DNA of 64,000 bases from an uncultured delta proteobacterium (GTDB taxonomy: Bacteria > Desulfobacterota > RBG-13-43-22), in NCBI GenBank assembly GCA_963790475.1, contig CAWBOS010000006.1, positions 448,001 to 512,000 on the forward strand, written 5' to 3'. This document shows positions 52,468 to 62,286 of this stretch, one piece after another. The translations under genes and the position numbers were made by a program. The notes under the pieces were generated by a model. That model did no database searches, was not told where the DNA came from, and saw only the letters and a list, made by a program, of their open reading frames with translations. The first letter of the stretch is position 1. Each line of letters opens with the position of its first letter.

Positions 52468-53736
52468 TTATTCCCTTACCTTATGTAAGTTCTGGAGTCT
52501 GTCTTCGATGCCTTTGATAAGTTTCGGTACTATTTCCAGATAATCTCCGATGATGGCATAATCAGCCATCTGAACCATAGGGGCATTGTGGTCGATGTTG
52601 ATGGCAATTATCTTTTCTGAACCCTGCATTCCTGCCAGGTGCTGCACTGCTCCCGGTACCGCCACCCCGATGTAGACTCTGGGAGCCACCGTTTTACCTG
52701 TTTGCCCTACCTGGCGCATATAGGGAATCAGCCCTGCCTCTACAACCGGGCGGGAGCAGGCCATAGTACCCCCCCAAAGTTTAGCAAGCTGCTCCAGCAT
52801 CGGCATATGCCCGGCGTCGCAGGCACCCTTGCCCACTACTACCAGGACCGGAGACCGGGTGATGTCCACATCACCTGCTTCAATCGTTGTAGGAATAAAG
52901 TCCAGAATTCGTGGCAGCGCCTCTGTTTCCGGAGCCTCAAAATCAAAGGTGCGGATCTCCCCTTGACGCCCAAGGTCTTTTTTTAACATCTTCATCACCT
53001 TGGGCCTTACTGTGCTTATCTGGGGTCGCTGGTTCCGGCAAAAGATGGTAGCCATGACATTGCCGCCAAAAGTGGGGCGAGTCATAAGGAGCAGGCGCTC
53101 CTGAGGGTCGATATCGAGCCGAGTGCAGTCTGCCGTGAGTCCCGTTTCTAACTGGGTGGCCACCACGCCAGATAGGTCTCTTCCCAGCGGGGTTGCTCCC
53201 AGGAGCAGTATTTCGGGCTTGACCTGGTCACAGAGTTGAAACAAGGCCCTACCATACACCTTTGGCAGGTATTTTTGCAGGACAGGGTTGTCGATCGTGT
53301 AGACTATATCGCAGCCGTAGGCGATAGCCTCTTTAGCCACGGGCTCGATCCCCATTCCCAGCACGAATCCCAATACCTGAGTCTCCAGCTTCTCGGCCAG
53401 ATTTCTGGCAGCTCCTACCAACTCCCAGGCGACATCAGCCCCCCCGCCATCACGGGTTTCAATGAACACCGCCACGCCCTTGTAATCTTCAAGAGGACGG
53501 GGTTTTTGCCCGGCCACAGCCACCTTTTTCTTCGTGAGCTTTTCAAAGATGACCGCTGCTGCCGGGCAAACATCAAAACACCGGCCACAGCCAATGCAGG
53601 CCTCGGGGTCAATCTTGGCTACGCCATTTTTCAATTCTATGGCATTGACCGGACACTGGCCGATGCAGATCTGGCAGCCAATACATTTGTCAGGAATAAC
53701 CTCGGCAATTTCTTTACCCTGGCTATTCTTGGGCAC
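52468..53736 (-). CDS. fixB: ETF alpha subunit (FixB) with N-terminal 2x[4Fe-4S] domain
   Basis: CIGCQICIGQCP, CIGCGRCFDVCP, GLTADCT, TRPTFGGN, QVGQTGKTV. Confidence 0.92.
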   Translation of the reverse strand: MPKNSQGKEIAEVIPDKCIGCQICIGQCPVNAIELKNGVAKIDPEACIGCGRCFDVCPAAAVIFEKLTKKKVAVAGQKPRPLEDYKGVAVFIETRDGGGADVAWELVGAARNLAEKLETQVLGFVLGMGIEPVAKEAIAYGCDIVYTIDNPVLQKYLPKVYGRALFQLCDQVKPEILLLGATPLGRDLSGVVATQLETGLTADCTRLDIDPQERLLLMTRPTFGGNVMATIFCRNQRPQISTVRPKVMKMLKKDLGRQGEIRTFDFEAPETEALPRILDFIPTTIEAGDVDITRSPVLVVVGKGACDAGHMPMLEQLAKLWGGTMACSRPVVEAGLIPYMRQVGQTGKTVAPRVYIGVAVPGAVQHLAGMQGSEKIIAINIDHNAPMVQMADYAIIGDYLEIVPKLIKGIEDRLQNLHKVRE

Positions 53737-53737
53737 G

Positions 53738-54577
53738 TCACACCTTACCCTTGTTTAATAGTTCGTCCAGCAGCCACCCTTCCTTCTGGAAGAAGGTATC
53801 CAGAAAACCTTCGACGGCCCGCTCGCTGCCTTCTGCACTGTCGAAGACCAAACCTCCGCCCCGTAATGGGGGCACAAAGATTTCTTTTACCCAGGTGGGG
53901 GAACCTTTCAGCCCCATCTTTTCTTTCGGGCCGCCTATTTCGGCTGCTCCCCAAACCTTGATATCCTGTCTCAAAGCTCGCACCAGTTCAGGAAGGGAAG
54001 CATACCGTGGCGTAGCTAAACTCAGTTCAACCGTCAGCAACGCTGGTAGTTTACCCTCGATCGTCTCCCTGCCTCCTTCAATTTCCCTCTTGACTGTGAT
54101 AAGGCCGCGTCCTGGGTCCAGTCCCACAATTTCAGAGACATAGGTAAACTGGTTGAATCCCAGCCGGGTGGCAATACCTGGGCCGGTTTGTCCGGTATCT
54201 CCATCAATGGCCTGCTTGCCGCAAATAACCAGATCGACCGGTTCAGCAGATGCTATTTTGGATATAGCCTGTGACAGAGCAAAGCTGGTGGCCAAGGTAT
54301 CGGCCCCGGCAAAGGCTCTATCGGAAAGCAGAATAGCGTCGTTCGCTCCCAAAGCCAGGCATTCACGCAGGGGGTCTTCAGCCTGCGGTGGTCCCATAGA
54401 GATAACAGTTACTTTTCCACCGTATTTCTCCGCCAGCCGTACCGAGACCTCAGCCGCTACCAGGTCATAGGGGTTACAAATTGATTCAACCCCGGAGCGA
54501 ACTAAGGTATTGGTTTCCGGGTCGATCTTGACTTGAGTGGTATCAGGCACCTGCTTGATGCAGCATACAATATGCAT
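53738..54577 (-). CDS. fixA: ETF beta subunit (FixA)
   Basis: KQVPDT, NPYD, SMGP, GADTLATS, GKQAIDGDTGQTGP. Confidence 0.94.
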   Translation of the reverse strand: MHIVCCIKQVPDTTQVKIDPETNTLVRSGVESICNPYDLVAAEVSVRLAEKYGGKVTVISMGPPQAEDPLRECLALGANDAILLSDRAFAGADTLATSFALSQAISKIASAEPVDLVICGKQAIDGDTGQTGPGIATRLGFNQFTYVSEIVGLDPGRGLITVKREIEGGRETIEGKLPALLTVELSLATPRYASLPELVRALRQDIKVWGAAEIGGPKEKMGLKGSPTWVKEIFVPPLRGGGLVFDSAEGSERAVEGFLDTFFQKEGWLLDELLNKGKV

Positions 54578-54744
54578 TTCCTTGTTTTCACCCTAACAAC
54601 CGTTAGATTTTTGATAAAAATTTCCTGAGTCCTGGTGCTTTATTGAGTAACAACACAAGGACTCAAAAGAAGAAATAAGGTATCCGTTTGGATCTATAAA
54701 CCCCAGGTATCCGGAATTGGTCCTGTGTCTCACTAAATCCTGGA

Positions 54745-55038
54745 TTAAGGTTTCGCATTCCCTTTGGCATATTCCGGGGCTTCAGAATCTGCAAAAATAG
54801 TATCGAAATAACCTGTTTTCCAGTCTGAGATTGTGCTTGGAATTTCCGAAGGCTTTTGGGGATCGAGTATAGCTATTTGTTGAGGTTCTGAAAGAATCAA
54901 ATCAAATTGATCATGTTTAAGCATCTCAATGGCTTTTTCCAAGGAAACAGTCGATTTTATCACTGTCCCGTCGAAGATAATGATATAGATGACCTCAAAA
55001 TTATTATCAATATGAATGATTTTGATGAATCTTTTCAT
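54745..55038 (-). CDS. Truncated receiver-like small protein, copy 2
   Basis: IKIIHID..LEKAIEMLK..FDLILSEP. Confidence 0.7.
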   Translation of the reverse strand: MKRFIKIIHIDNNFEVIYIIIFDGTVIKSTVSLEKAIEMLKHDQFDLILSEPQQIAILDPQKPSEIPSTISDWKTGYFDTIFADSEAPEYAKGNAKP

Positions 55039-55237
55039 GATTTTTATTTCTCAACACTAAAAACCATAAATGAATTAAACAATAACCAATTAGACAATTT
55101 ACCTGCACATTTTGCCCTCCATCCCTTTATCTTCTTTCCTTTCTGGGTCCGGTTCATCCCGGTATCTCTTCAAAGGCGTTGGTTTTTAAAAGAGCTTGTC
55201 CCTCTTCAATAACATCCGGTGACAAGTCCGAGGATTT

Positions 55238-55717
55238 TTACTCGACTTTCACCTTTATTTCTTTCTTTTTGGCTTCTTCTGTTTTGGGCATCCTGATTTC
55301 CAAAATGCCGTCTTTAAATTTTGTTTTAATTTGATCTGTTTTGACCTCGGCCGGGAGACTGAAAGTTCGGCAAAAAGAGCCATAAGAGCTCTCCCAACGA
55401 TAATAATCTTTTTTCTTGATCTTCTCTTCCTTCTTCTTTTCACCGGCAAGGGTTATGGTGTCCTCGGTTAGGGTAATATCAAGGTCTTCTTTCCTGATCC
55501 CTGGTAGTTCCGCTTTGAGCACCACGTCGCCGTCACTCTCAAAAAGGTCGACAGTCGGAATCAACTCTCCGGTTTCCGGAAATCTTGAACCGGGTAGGTT
55601 GAACAGGGAAAGGGGACGCCGGAAGAATTCATTCAGACCCTTCTCCATCTCTCCCCAAAATGGAACCGTTTTGGTCCCTTCCTGTTTGACGATTTCTTTT
55701 ACTTCTTTGCTGGCCAT
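55238..55717 (-). CDS. Hsp20/alpha-crystallin small heat-shock protein
   Basis: PTVDLFE, AELPG, SYGSF.R..SLP, FKDGILEI.MPK. Confidence 0.95.
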   Translation of the reverse strand: MASKEVKEIVKQEGTKTVPFWGEMEKGLNEFFRRPLSLFNLPGSRFPETGELIPTVDLFESDGDVVLKAELPGIRKEDLDITLTEDTITLAGEKKKEEKIKKKDYYRWESSYGSFCRTFSLPAEVKTDQIKTKFKDGILEIRMPKTEEAKKKEIKVKVE

Positions 55718-55863
55718 GGTTACACCTCCCTATAAATGTTAAAAATTTTCTGTTTCATGGGTTAATTATTGACCAAAAGAACCGTACCATTTTTGAATGT
55801 CTGAAAAATCGGTTCGAACAAGAATATGGTAAGTGAAAACATCACAACCTTCCATCGGTCGGT

Positions 55864-56058
55864 TTATTCTTTATTAAAAGGCAACAGCAAGGTCCCTGAC
55901 AGGTCATTTTTTAAAATATCGACTACTTCGGACCGGACCCCTCTCTTTAGCTTAGGGGAGTAAATTTCATCTATGGAAGGTTCCAATAAAATAAAGTTAA
56001 TTTCATCCTGGTTCATAAAAGAGGGATTCAAAAATTCATAATTTTTCATTTTATCCAT
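55864..56058 (-). CDS. Hypothetical small protein
   Basis: 64 aa ORF with strong RBS AGGAGG; no family recognised. Confidence 0.45.
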   Translation of the reverse strand: MDKMKNYEFLNPSFMNQDEINFILLEPSIDEIYSPKLKRGVRSEVVDILKNDLSGTLLLPFNKE

Positions 56059-56350
56059 TTGAATAGTCCTCCTGGAATTTTTCCTTAGAAATTTTCCTTT
56101 CCTTAAGGAAAGGGATCTCCTTTTACAAGTAGGCGAAAGGAATGAGTCCTTAAGAAAAACAAAAACCTTAATCAGGGATCTTCCGGGGGCCTCGTTAGCT
56201 TTAAAATTTATCGATCTCTGTTTGAATTTTTTCGGCCAAAGGGGAACCTATGGAATCGGGCCAAGACCTGGTACATCTCCATAACCTGGAGTTCACATCC
56301 ATTAAAAGGCAAAGATTCACAATTCTCGGTCAGGAGGGTAGATAGGTTCC

Positions 56351-56782
56351 CTACTTTTTTGGTTCCAAACTTCGGAGAGCATCCACCATCGTTGGGGAAA
56401 TATCAGCGTGGTGGTGAACAGCCTTCCATGCCCCGGCTTCTCGGCGATAGATGTTGGTGACACGATGCTGCATGGAGACCTGCTGTCCGCCAAGCATCAC
56501 CTGCCCTTCTTCGGTACCCACTTCGTAGGCTATATCCCCTTCGATTCGAATAAGTTGATCCCTCAATCTAATCTGCCCGTCTGAAGTTAGCCTGGCTAAT
56601 TGATCCCACTTTTCTCGAACCTGGTCCCATCCGACTTCCCGACCGCCAACCGGGTGCATTGTCGTCACGTCTGGGCTGTGCGACCAAATGCCTTCCATTA
56701 GGCAGGAGTCCCCGTTGAGCATGTGGTGCAAAGCATCGTATAGATGTTCTGATGCTTTGCGGCATTCATCTAATGGAGACAT
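56351..56782 (-). CDS. SnoaL/NTF2-like protein
   Basis: GWDQVR..W, GDIAY, RVTNIYRRE.G.WK.VHHH.D. Confidence 0.88.
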   Translation of the reverse strand: MSPLDECRKASEHLYDALHHMLNGDSCLMEGIWSHSPDVTTMHPVGGREVGWDQVREKWDQLARLTSDGQIRLRDQLIRIEGDIAYEVGTEEGQVMLGGQQVSMQHRVTNIYRREAGAWKAVHHHADISPTMVDALRSLEPKK

Positions 56783-56857
56783 GAAAAATCCTCCCTGATA
56801 AGTCTTTTCATAATAGGGGGTTAAATTTTTTATAGAAAAATCATATTTTATTAGAGA

Positions 56858-57058
56858 TGGTGCCGAAAGAAAATAAGGTCAATACAGTATTTTTGAATCA
56901 ATATTGATATATTATTTTGTGTTCTCAGGGGGATTCGAACCTAATAGATTTTGTTTCCTTTCCCAATGATTTATCTAACAATCATCTAATAGCATTTTAG
57001 ATTTTTTAATAAATAAATAAGCAGGTTAACGGTGGAGAGAGTTGGATTCGGACCTACG
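56858..57058 (-). repeat. Cluster of degenerate tRNA 3'-end fragments (att-site-like scars)
   Basis: Minus strand TTCGGCACCA; GGTTCGAATCCCCCTGAGAACAC; CGTAGGTCCGAATCCAACTCTCTCCACC; no 5' halves. Confidence 0.5.
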
Positions 57059-57232
57059 AACAATATTATATTAATCAACTACTAATTTCACCACTGTTAA
57101 TCTGAGGCATGTGTTTGCCTTAGCGATTAAGATTTGAGATAGATAATCTGTTCCAAGGTCCCCGGACGGCCACCATCGGATGAAAGGAATGTAAAAGAAA
57201 TCCAAAGATGGGCAAGGAGATAATGAAAAAGA

Positions 57233-57847
57233 TTAGCGGGGAGCCTCTTCCGTGATGCCCGTATGAAGTCCTTGCTTTCCATCCAGAATATCTTCGATGG
57301 ATTGAATCAATTCGGCCCGGGAAGAATCTTTGGAAAGATACATGTCCGCACCAGCCTTAGAGGCGGCCGCCTGGTATTCGGGGGTTTTATGAACGGTGAA
57401 GACCAGGATTTTAGTGCCCGGCCATTTTTTCTTGATTTCACTGGTAGCCGCTAAGCCGTCCATCCGGGGCATGGATATATCCATCAAAACCAGGTCGGGA
57501 AGCAATCTTTCGACAGAATTAATTGCTTCCACCCCATCGGCCGCTTCACCGACAATATCGAAAACCGGGGAATGGGAAAGAACGGACTTTATTCCCTCGC
57601 GGAGAATGGGATTGTCATCGACGATTAGGATGCGGATCTTATTATCCATAGTTAAAGATTTAGCTTGAGGTCTCATGATCGCTTTATTGTGGGGTTCTGA
57701 AAGAATTAAATCGAATTCCTCGGTTTTCAGGAGTTGAATGGCCTGCTTGAGTGGAACAGAGGAATGGATTATACTTCCAGGATTTTTAATAAAATAGGTA
57801 ACTTTAAAATCGGGGTCGATGTGTAGGATTTTAATTGGAGTACTCAT
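57233..57847 (-). CDS. Response regulator: truncated receiver-like module (copy 3) fused to a NarL-type receiver, no DNA-binding domain
   Basis: ILIVDDN, DLVLMDISMP.MDG, FT, LSK; ends shortly after the receiver. Confidence 0.88.
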   Translation of the reverse strand: MSTPIKILHIDPDFKVTYFIKNPGSIIHSSVPLKQAIQLLKTEEFDLILSEPHNKAIMRPQAKSLTMDNKIRILIVDDNPILREGIKSVLSHSPVFDIVGEAADGVEAINSVERLLPDLVLMDISMPRMDGLAATSEIKKKWPGTKILVFTVHKTPEYQAAASKAGADMYLSKDSSRAELIQSIEDILDGKQGLHTGITEEAPR

Positions 57848-58121
57848 TTTAATAAATCCATCCCGCCTAAAGTCTAATGAAATAGAAGATACCAACTTAC
57901 TGATTGAAAAAACACTTATGGATTATTTTTGCATAAATTAGCCCAATAAAGAATATAGGCAGGAATGTATTTTGAAGAAAAAAATACTGTAGTTTTAAGG
58001 GTGGGCTATTCCACAAGATACAAATTTGTTAATCCCGCAAAGGGAGCAGTCTGTTTCAATTTGTCTACATAGTCCTGGTTTACTATTCGAACCAAGTTCC
58101 CGGATGGCCAGGCTTTCATAA

Positions 58122-59432
58122 TCAGACGGGCCAAACGGCCCGGACAACCGTCCCTTTTCCTTTGGCGGACTTGATGGAAAAAGAGCCGTTTAAGAATTCA
58201 ATCCTTTCTTTCATGCTGGAGAGCCCCAAGCCTTTCGTTGAAATTTCCCTGGAGGACAGATTTTCCGGATCAAATCCTTCTCCATTATCTTTGATATACA
58301 GTTCTATGGCGCCGTCAATTTTTCGCAGCCCGAAATGCACCGAGTCGGCCTTGGCATGTTTGCCGATATTATTCATAGCCTCCTGGGTAATTCTAAAAAG
58401 AACGATCTTTAGATGATCCGGCACCTCCTCTTCCCTGATGGTAATCACTGGTTCAACCTCGATGTCAGAGTAAATCGTTTTAAATCTCCGGCAAAACCAG
58501 GAAAGGGCGGCCACAATACCCAGATCGTCCAGAAGAGGAGGCCGCAAATCGGCCTGAATTCTGCGGGTCTCTCCAATCGTTTCCTGGATGAGGGGGATGA
58601 GGGTCTCCAGGGGTTTGGAAATATTAAAGGTCTCATCATACTTGGGGAGATGCTGTAAGGCCTCTTCCGCCTTGAATTTGATGGCACTTAAGTTAGACCC
58701 CAGGACATCGTGAATCTCCAAGGCGATTCGTTTCCTTTCATTCTCCTGGGCGGAGAGAACCTGGGCGGCCAGGATTCGAAGTTGTTCTTTTGATTCCTGC
58801 AAGGCCTGCACCATCTTCAATCGTTCATCGATTTCGATGGTTAGTTCTTCATTTCTTTGAGCCAACTCTGCGGTTCGTTCTTGAATCCGGGCCTCCAGTT
58901 CGTCGTACGATTTGCGAAGCTCTTTTTCCAGTTGCTTGCGCTTGGTGATATCGTGGATGTTGCACTGAATCACTTCTTTATGGCCAACGAGATAGATATT
59001 ACTGACAAATTCCACGTCAATGAGCCGCCCATCTTTTGTTTGAAGCGGTAAATCTTCATAGCGAACATATCCCTTGGTTTGCAGTTCCGAAAAAGTGGTT
59101 TTGGCCTTCTGAATATCTTTAAAGGCACCAATCTCCCAGAGTTGCTTCCCAAGAAATTGATCGTATGAATAGCCTAACATTTCAATTAAAAATGGGTTAA
59201 CATCGGATATCCGACCTGTATCGGCATCGAGGATTAATATTCCATCCTGGGCTGTTTCAAAGAGACGCCGGAAACGAACCTCAGAATCCTCCAGTGCCTC
59301 CTCCATCTGCTTGCGCTCCGCGATTTCAGACTGTAATAGTTCATTAGCCTCTTTTAATCGCTGTTCCGCACTATCAAGCCTCTCTTCCATCTCAACGAGT
59401 ATTTGTTGTTTTGTTTTGGCATCTCCTTTCAT
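58122..59432 (-). CDS. Cytoplasmic PAS sensor histidine kinase (HisKA_3 type)
   Basis: RLFETAQDGI PAS, ERKRIALEIHD H-box, QEAMNNI.KHA, DNGEGF, GLGL, GKGT. Confidence 0.93.
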   Translation of the reverse strand: MKGDAKTKQQILVEMEERLDSAEQRLKEANELLQSEIAERKQMEEALEDSEVRFRRLFETAQDGILILDADTGRISDVNPFLIEMLGYSYDQFLGKQLWEIGAFKDIQKAKTTFSELQTKGYVRYEDLPLQTKDGRLIDVEFVSNIYLVGHKEVIQCNIHDITKRKQLEKELRKSYDELEARIQERTAELAQRNEELTIEIDERLKMVQALQESKEQLRILAAQVLSAQENERKRIALEIHDVLGSNLSAIKFKAEEALQHLPKYDETFNISKPLETLIPLIQETIGETRRIQADLRPPLLDDLGIVAALSWFCRRFKTIYSDIEVEPVITIREEEVPDHLKIVLFRITQEAMNNIGKHAKADSVHFGLRKIDGAIELYIKDNGEGFDPENLSSREISTKGLGLSSMKERIEFLNGSFSIKSAKGKGTVVRAVWPV

Positions 59433-59678
59433 AAGATCAATCCTCCCTGATTTGGGAATCTTCAACCTTTTATCTTATCAATTTTATAAACAAATTATAA
59501 AAAAGGCTGCTCCCATGGTTTGCGAAACCCCATGATGCGATAAGATCTCCCTCATGAATACCAGGCCAAGAATTCATTACATTATCATTGTGAACGCATC
59601 CTACAAACAAAAATTAATAAAAAAAGGAGATACATAAAAATATTTTATTCATACTTGCCCCATTAATTTGATACGATT

Positions 59679-59720
59679 TAATAAAAAGCCCCACCTCTCT
59701 GTTGAGAAATGGGGCTCTAT
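59679..59720 (-). terminator. Intrinsic terminator upstream of the histidine kinase
   Basis: Minus strand AGCCCCATTTCTC..GAGGTGGGGCT followed by TTTTATT. Confidence 0.7.
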
Positions 59721-60034
59721 TTTTCCATTAGACACTCCTGGCTAAAGGTTGCCAACGAGAAAATGTATATATTTTATAAACTCTTAACTTATCAGGATAT
59801 TCCTAACGAGTCAAATCATTTCTTAAGTTATGTCATTTCTTAAGTTATATTCATTATCGTTTGAACTCTTCCGTTTCATTCAATCGGTTTTTAACTTGTT
59901 GGGTTTCCCTTCCGTCCCAACAACACCATGATTGTGATCCGTACACTTGTCCTGAATAGCATCGCTGTGATGCTGATTAACGACACCGGTGCCTTGAAAG
60001 CGATGGATTAAATGGGTATGCTGAAGAAGAGACC

Positions 60035-60135
60035 GGTTGGAGCTTGCCGCCTTCATCCCCGCCACTACGATGATAAAACTGGTCAAGATCAATAGTGCGG
60101 GCGCCTTGGCCGCGAGTTCCACATTCTTATCTATG
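60035..60135 (-). pseudogene. N-terminal remnant of an AI-2E-family transporter
   Basis: LLILTSFIIVVAGMKAASS, no valid start, homology ends. Confidence 0.4.
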
Positions 60136-60156
60136 GGACTTCCTTCTTTGCCGAAG

Positions 60157-62286
60157 CTACCCAATAGGGAAATCGTGCGTGTTGCCGTCAGGCTCAATGA
60201 TGCGGAAGCAGACTTGATGCTTGGGATGATCTCGCAACTTCCCCCACGCTTTTCGAAAACGCGCCGCCTGCCCTTTGGGCGGCAGTACGGGTGAAGGTCC
60301 CTCGATGATTTCCGCCGAGTCGAGTTGCGCGGCAGTGAGGGCGATGGCGTCGAGAACATTCGAGGATGGTACGACGAGCAAGTGCACCGGCTTGCCTTCC
60401 TTTTCCGCAAGCGCGACTACGTGAGTGAACAGCAATTGCTTGTGGCTCGTGAAAAGATAGTGCTCAGCAATGCCTTTGTACCCGGTGTCGGGTCCTTTTA
60501 GAATTTGCACGGTCATCACCACCAAGTCTTTTTTATGCGTGTTTGTTAGCTCCAGAGTTTTACGAAGGTGGTCGAGCGTGTGGTAATCACGAACGAAACA
60601 GAGCGTGTTGCCGGGACGCACGCCGAGGCTCTCGTTTGAAACGTTTTCTTGCGGGTGGGTCTGGAATTGATCCATCTCGACGCGGGATGTTGCACCTTGT
60701 TTTCGTTGGTTGATGCGTTCCGAGATGATAAAGATGAGGAAAAATACCAGCGTGAAGGTAACCCCACTGATCGTCGCTACCTCTTTAGTGATCAAGTTTA
60801 TTCCGGCTATGGAGAACAGCAGCGTTGCAATCGCACCCAGACCGATCGGAATCTCGTTACTGCCCAGATACATATTGAAGGGGACCTTCCACTCGCGTGG
60901 CGATTGGTCTTTGAAGCGCAGCACAACCATCGCCAATCCCTTGAATGCGAATGACCAAATCACGCCGAAGGCGTAAGCCTCACCCAGAACGTAGACGTTG
61001 CCGCGCGAGCCTATGATCGTTGCCAGTTGCAGGAGAACGATGAGGTTGATCATCCGATGAGTGGTCCCGTATTTTTTATGGGGTTCGCGAAACCAATCCG
61101 TCATCACGCCGTCTTCTGAGACCCTGTTGAGGACACCGTTGGATCCGATGATAGCTGTATTCACTGCGCCCGATAGCATAAGAAAACCCACGATGACGAT
61201 GAAAGCTTGAAAGAGCAGTCTTAACGGTGTCGGGCCGACCAGGTATAACGCAATGCCACTGATCAGATTGTCGAAATACTTCGGCCGAATGTGGTCGGGG
61301 ATGATTGCATAGGCGAAGAACGAAACCAACGAGGTGAACAGTAGTGAGTAAACAAAGATGACAAATCCCGCCCGCACCAGGTTTTGGTGTTTGGGGTATT
61401 CCAATTCGCGGTTGACCTGGGCGAGAGATTCTTCGCCCGACATGGCCAGAAACGAGTGTCCGAAGGCGATCAGGATGCCGATCAGCCCCAATAGAGCACC
61501 TGCGTTGGGCGCGAGACCATAGAGCGGTTCCGCTGCTGATTGTTCGGGCGCGGGCCTCGTGGCTGGCGGCGCTTCAATGGGAAGTTGCCTCAGAGCACCT
61601 GGGGTGATTTTGGGCAACCACCCAACGGCATCGTGATTGAACGTGAGGTGGCTCGGGACAGGCGTGGGCGGAAAGCGCTGCATGGAGGGCTGCGTCAAGA
61701 TTGTTAACCCGCACCATCCAATCAGGAAGACGATCATCACCGTCGTCGCATACATGATCCTTAGCGCATCGTCCGATGATTCGTGGATGCCTTTCGTGTT
61801 GCGCCACCAGAAATAAAGGGTAACCAGCACGGCAAGGCCGGCGGCCAGCAAGTTTATCGTTGCCTTCGAGGGAGTCCACGGATGTCCGAAATAGGTGACT
61901 GTCTGGGCAACGAGTCCAATGATATACTGCCCTGCCGAAACACCCGAGATCGGCCCGGTCAGAATGTAGTCGAACATCAGGGCGGAAACTGAAAGTTTGG
62001 CGAGGGTACCGCCCATCGCCTCTTTGACGACTCGATAGACCCCGCCGCGCGTAAACATGCCGCATGATTCGATATAAACAGCCCGAACGGCATAAGAGAA
62101 GAGCATCACCCCGAAGATGAACCAGGGAGCCGCACGTCCGACCGCTTGCTCGGCAATTCCTCCAACATAGAAAGCCGACGAACCGAGATCGTTGAGGACG
62201 ATGGCAGCAGCACGCCAGAAGGAAATGAACGAGAGCATCACCGATGTGACGACGACTACTTTCGTCGTCTGTTTGGCCGGCTTCAT
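60157..62286 (-). CDS. APC-family amino acid/cation permease with cytoplasmic C-terminal domain
   Basis: DLGSSAFY, GGVY.VVK, DYILT..IS, AMSGEES, SGAVNT; multi-TM. Confidence 0.88.
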   Translation of the reverse strand: MKPAKQTTKVVVVTSVMLSFISFWRAAAIVLNDLGSSAFYVGGIAEQAVGRAAPWFIFGVMLFSYAVRAVYIESCGMFTRGGVYRVVKEAMGGTLAKLSVSALMFDYILTGPISGVSAGQYIIGLVAQTVTYFGHPWTPSKATINLLAAGLAVLVTLYFWWRNTKGIHESSDDALRIMYATTVMIVFLIGWCGLTILTQPSMQRFPPTPVPSHLTFNHDAVGWLPKITPGALRQLPIEAPPATRPAPEQSAAEPLYGLAPNAGALLGLIGILIAFGHSFLAMSGEESLAQVNRELEYPKHQNLVRAGFVIFVYSLLFTSLVSFFAYAIIPDHIRPKYFDNLISGIALYLVGPTPLRLLFQAFIVIVGFLMLSGAVNTAIIGSNGVLNRVSEDGVMTDWFREPHKKYGTTHRMINLIVLLQLATIIGSRGNVYVLGEAYAFGVIWSFAFKGLAMVVLRFKDQSPREWKVPFNMYLGSNEIPIGLGAIATLLFSIAGINLITKEVATISGVTFTLVFFLIFIISERINQRKQGATSRVEMDQFQTHPQENVSNESLGVRPGNTLCFVRDYHTLDHLRKTLELTNTHKKDLVVMTVQILKGPDTGYKGIAEHYLFTSHKQLLFTHVVALAEKEGKPVHLLVVPSSNVLDAIALTAAQLDSAEIIEGPSPVLPPKGQAARFRKAWGKLRDHPKHQVCFRIIEPDGNTHDFPIG

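Noticed and set aside
55864-56058. Fourth half-receiver copy (NFILLEP)
   Set aside because: Similarity is limited to a few residues; the IKILHID segment is absent.
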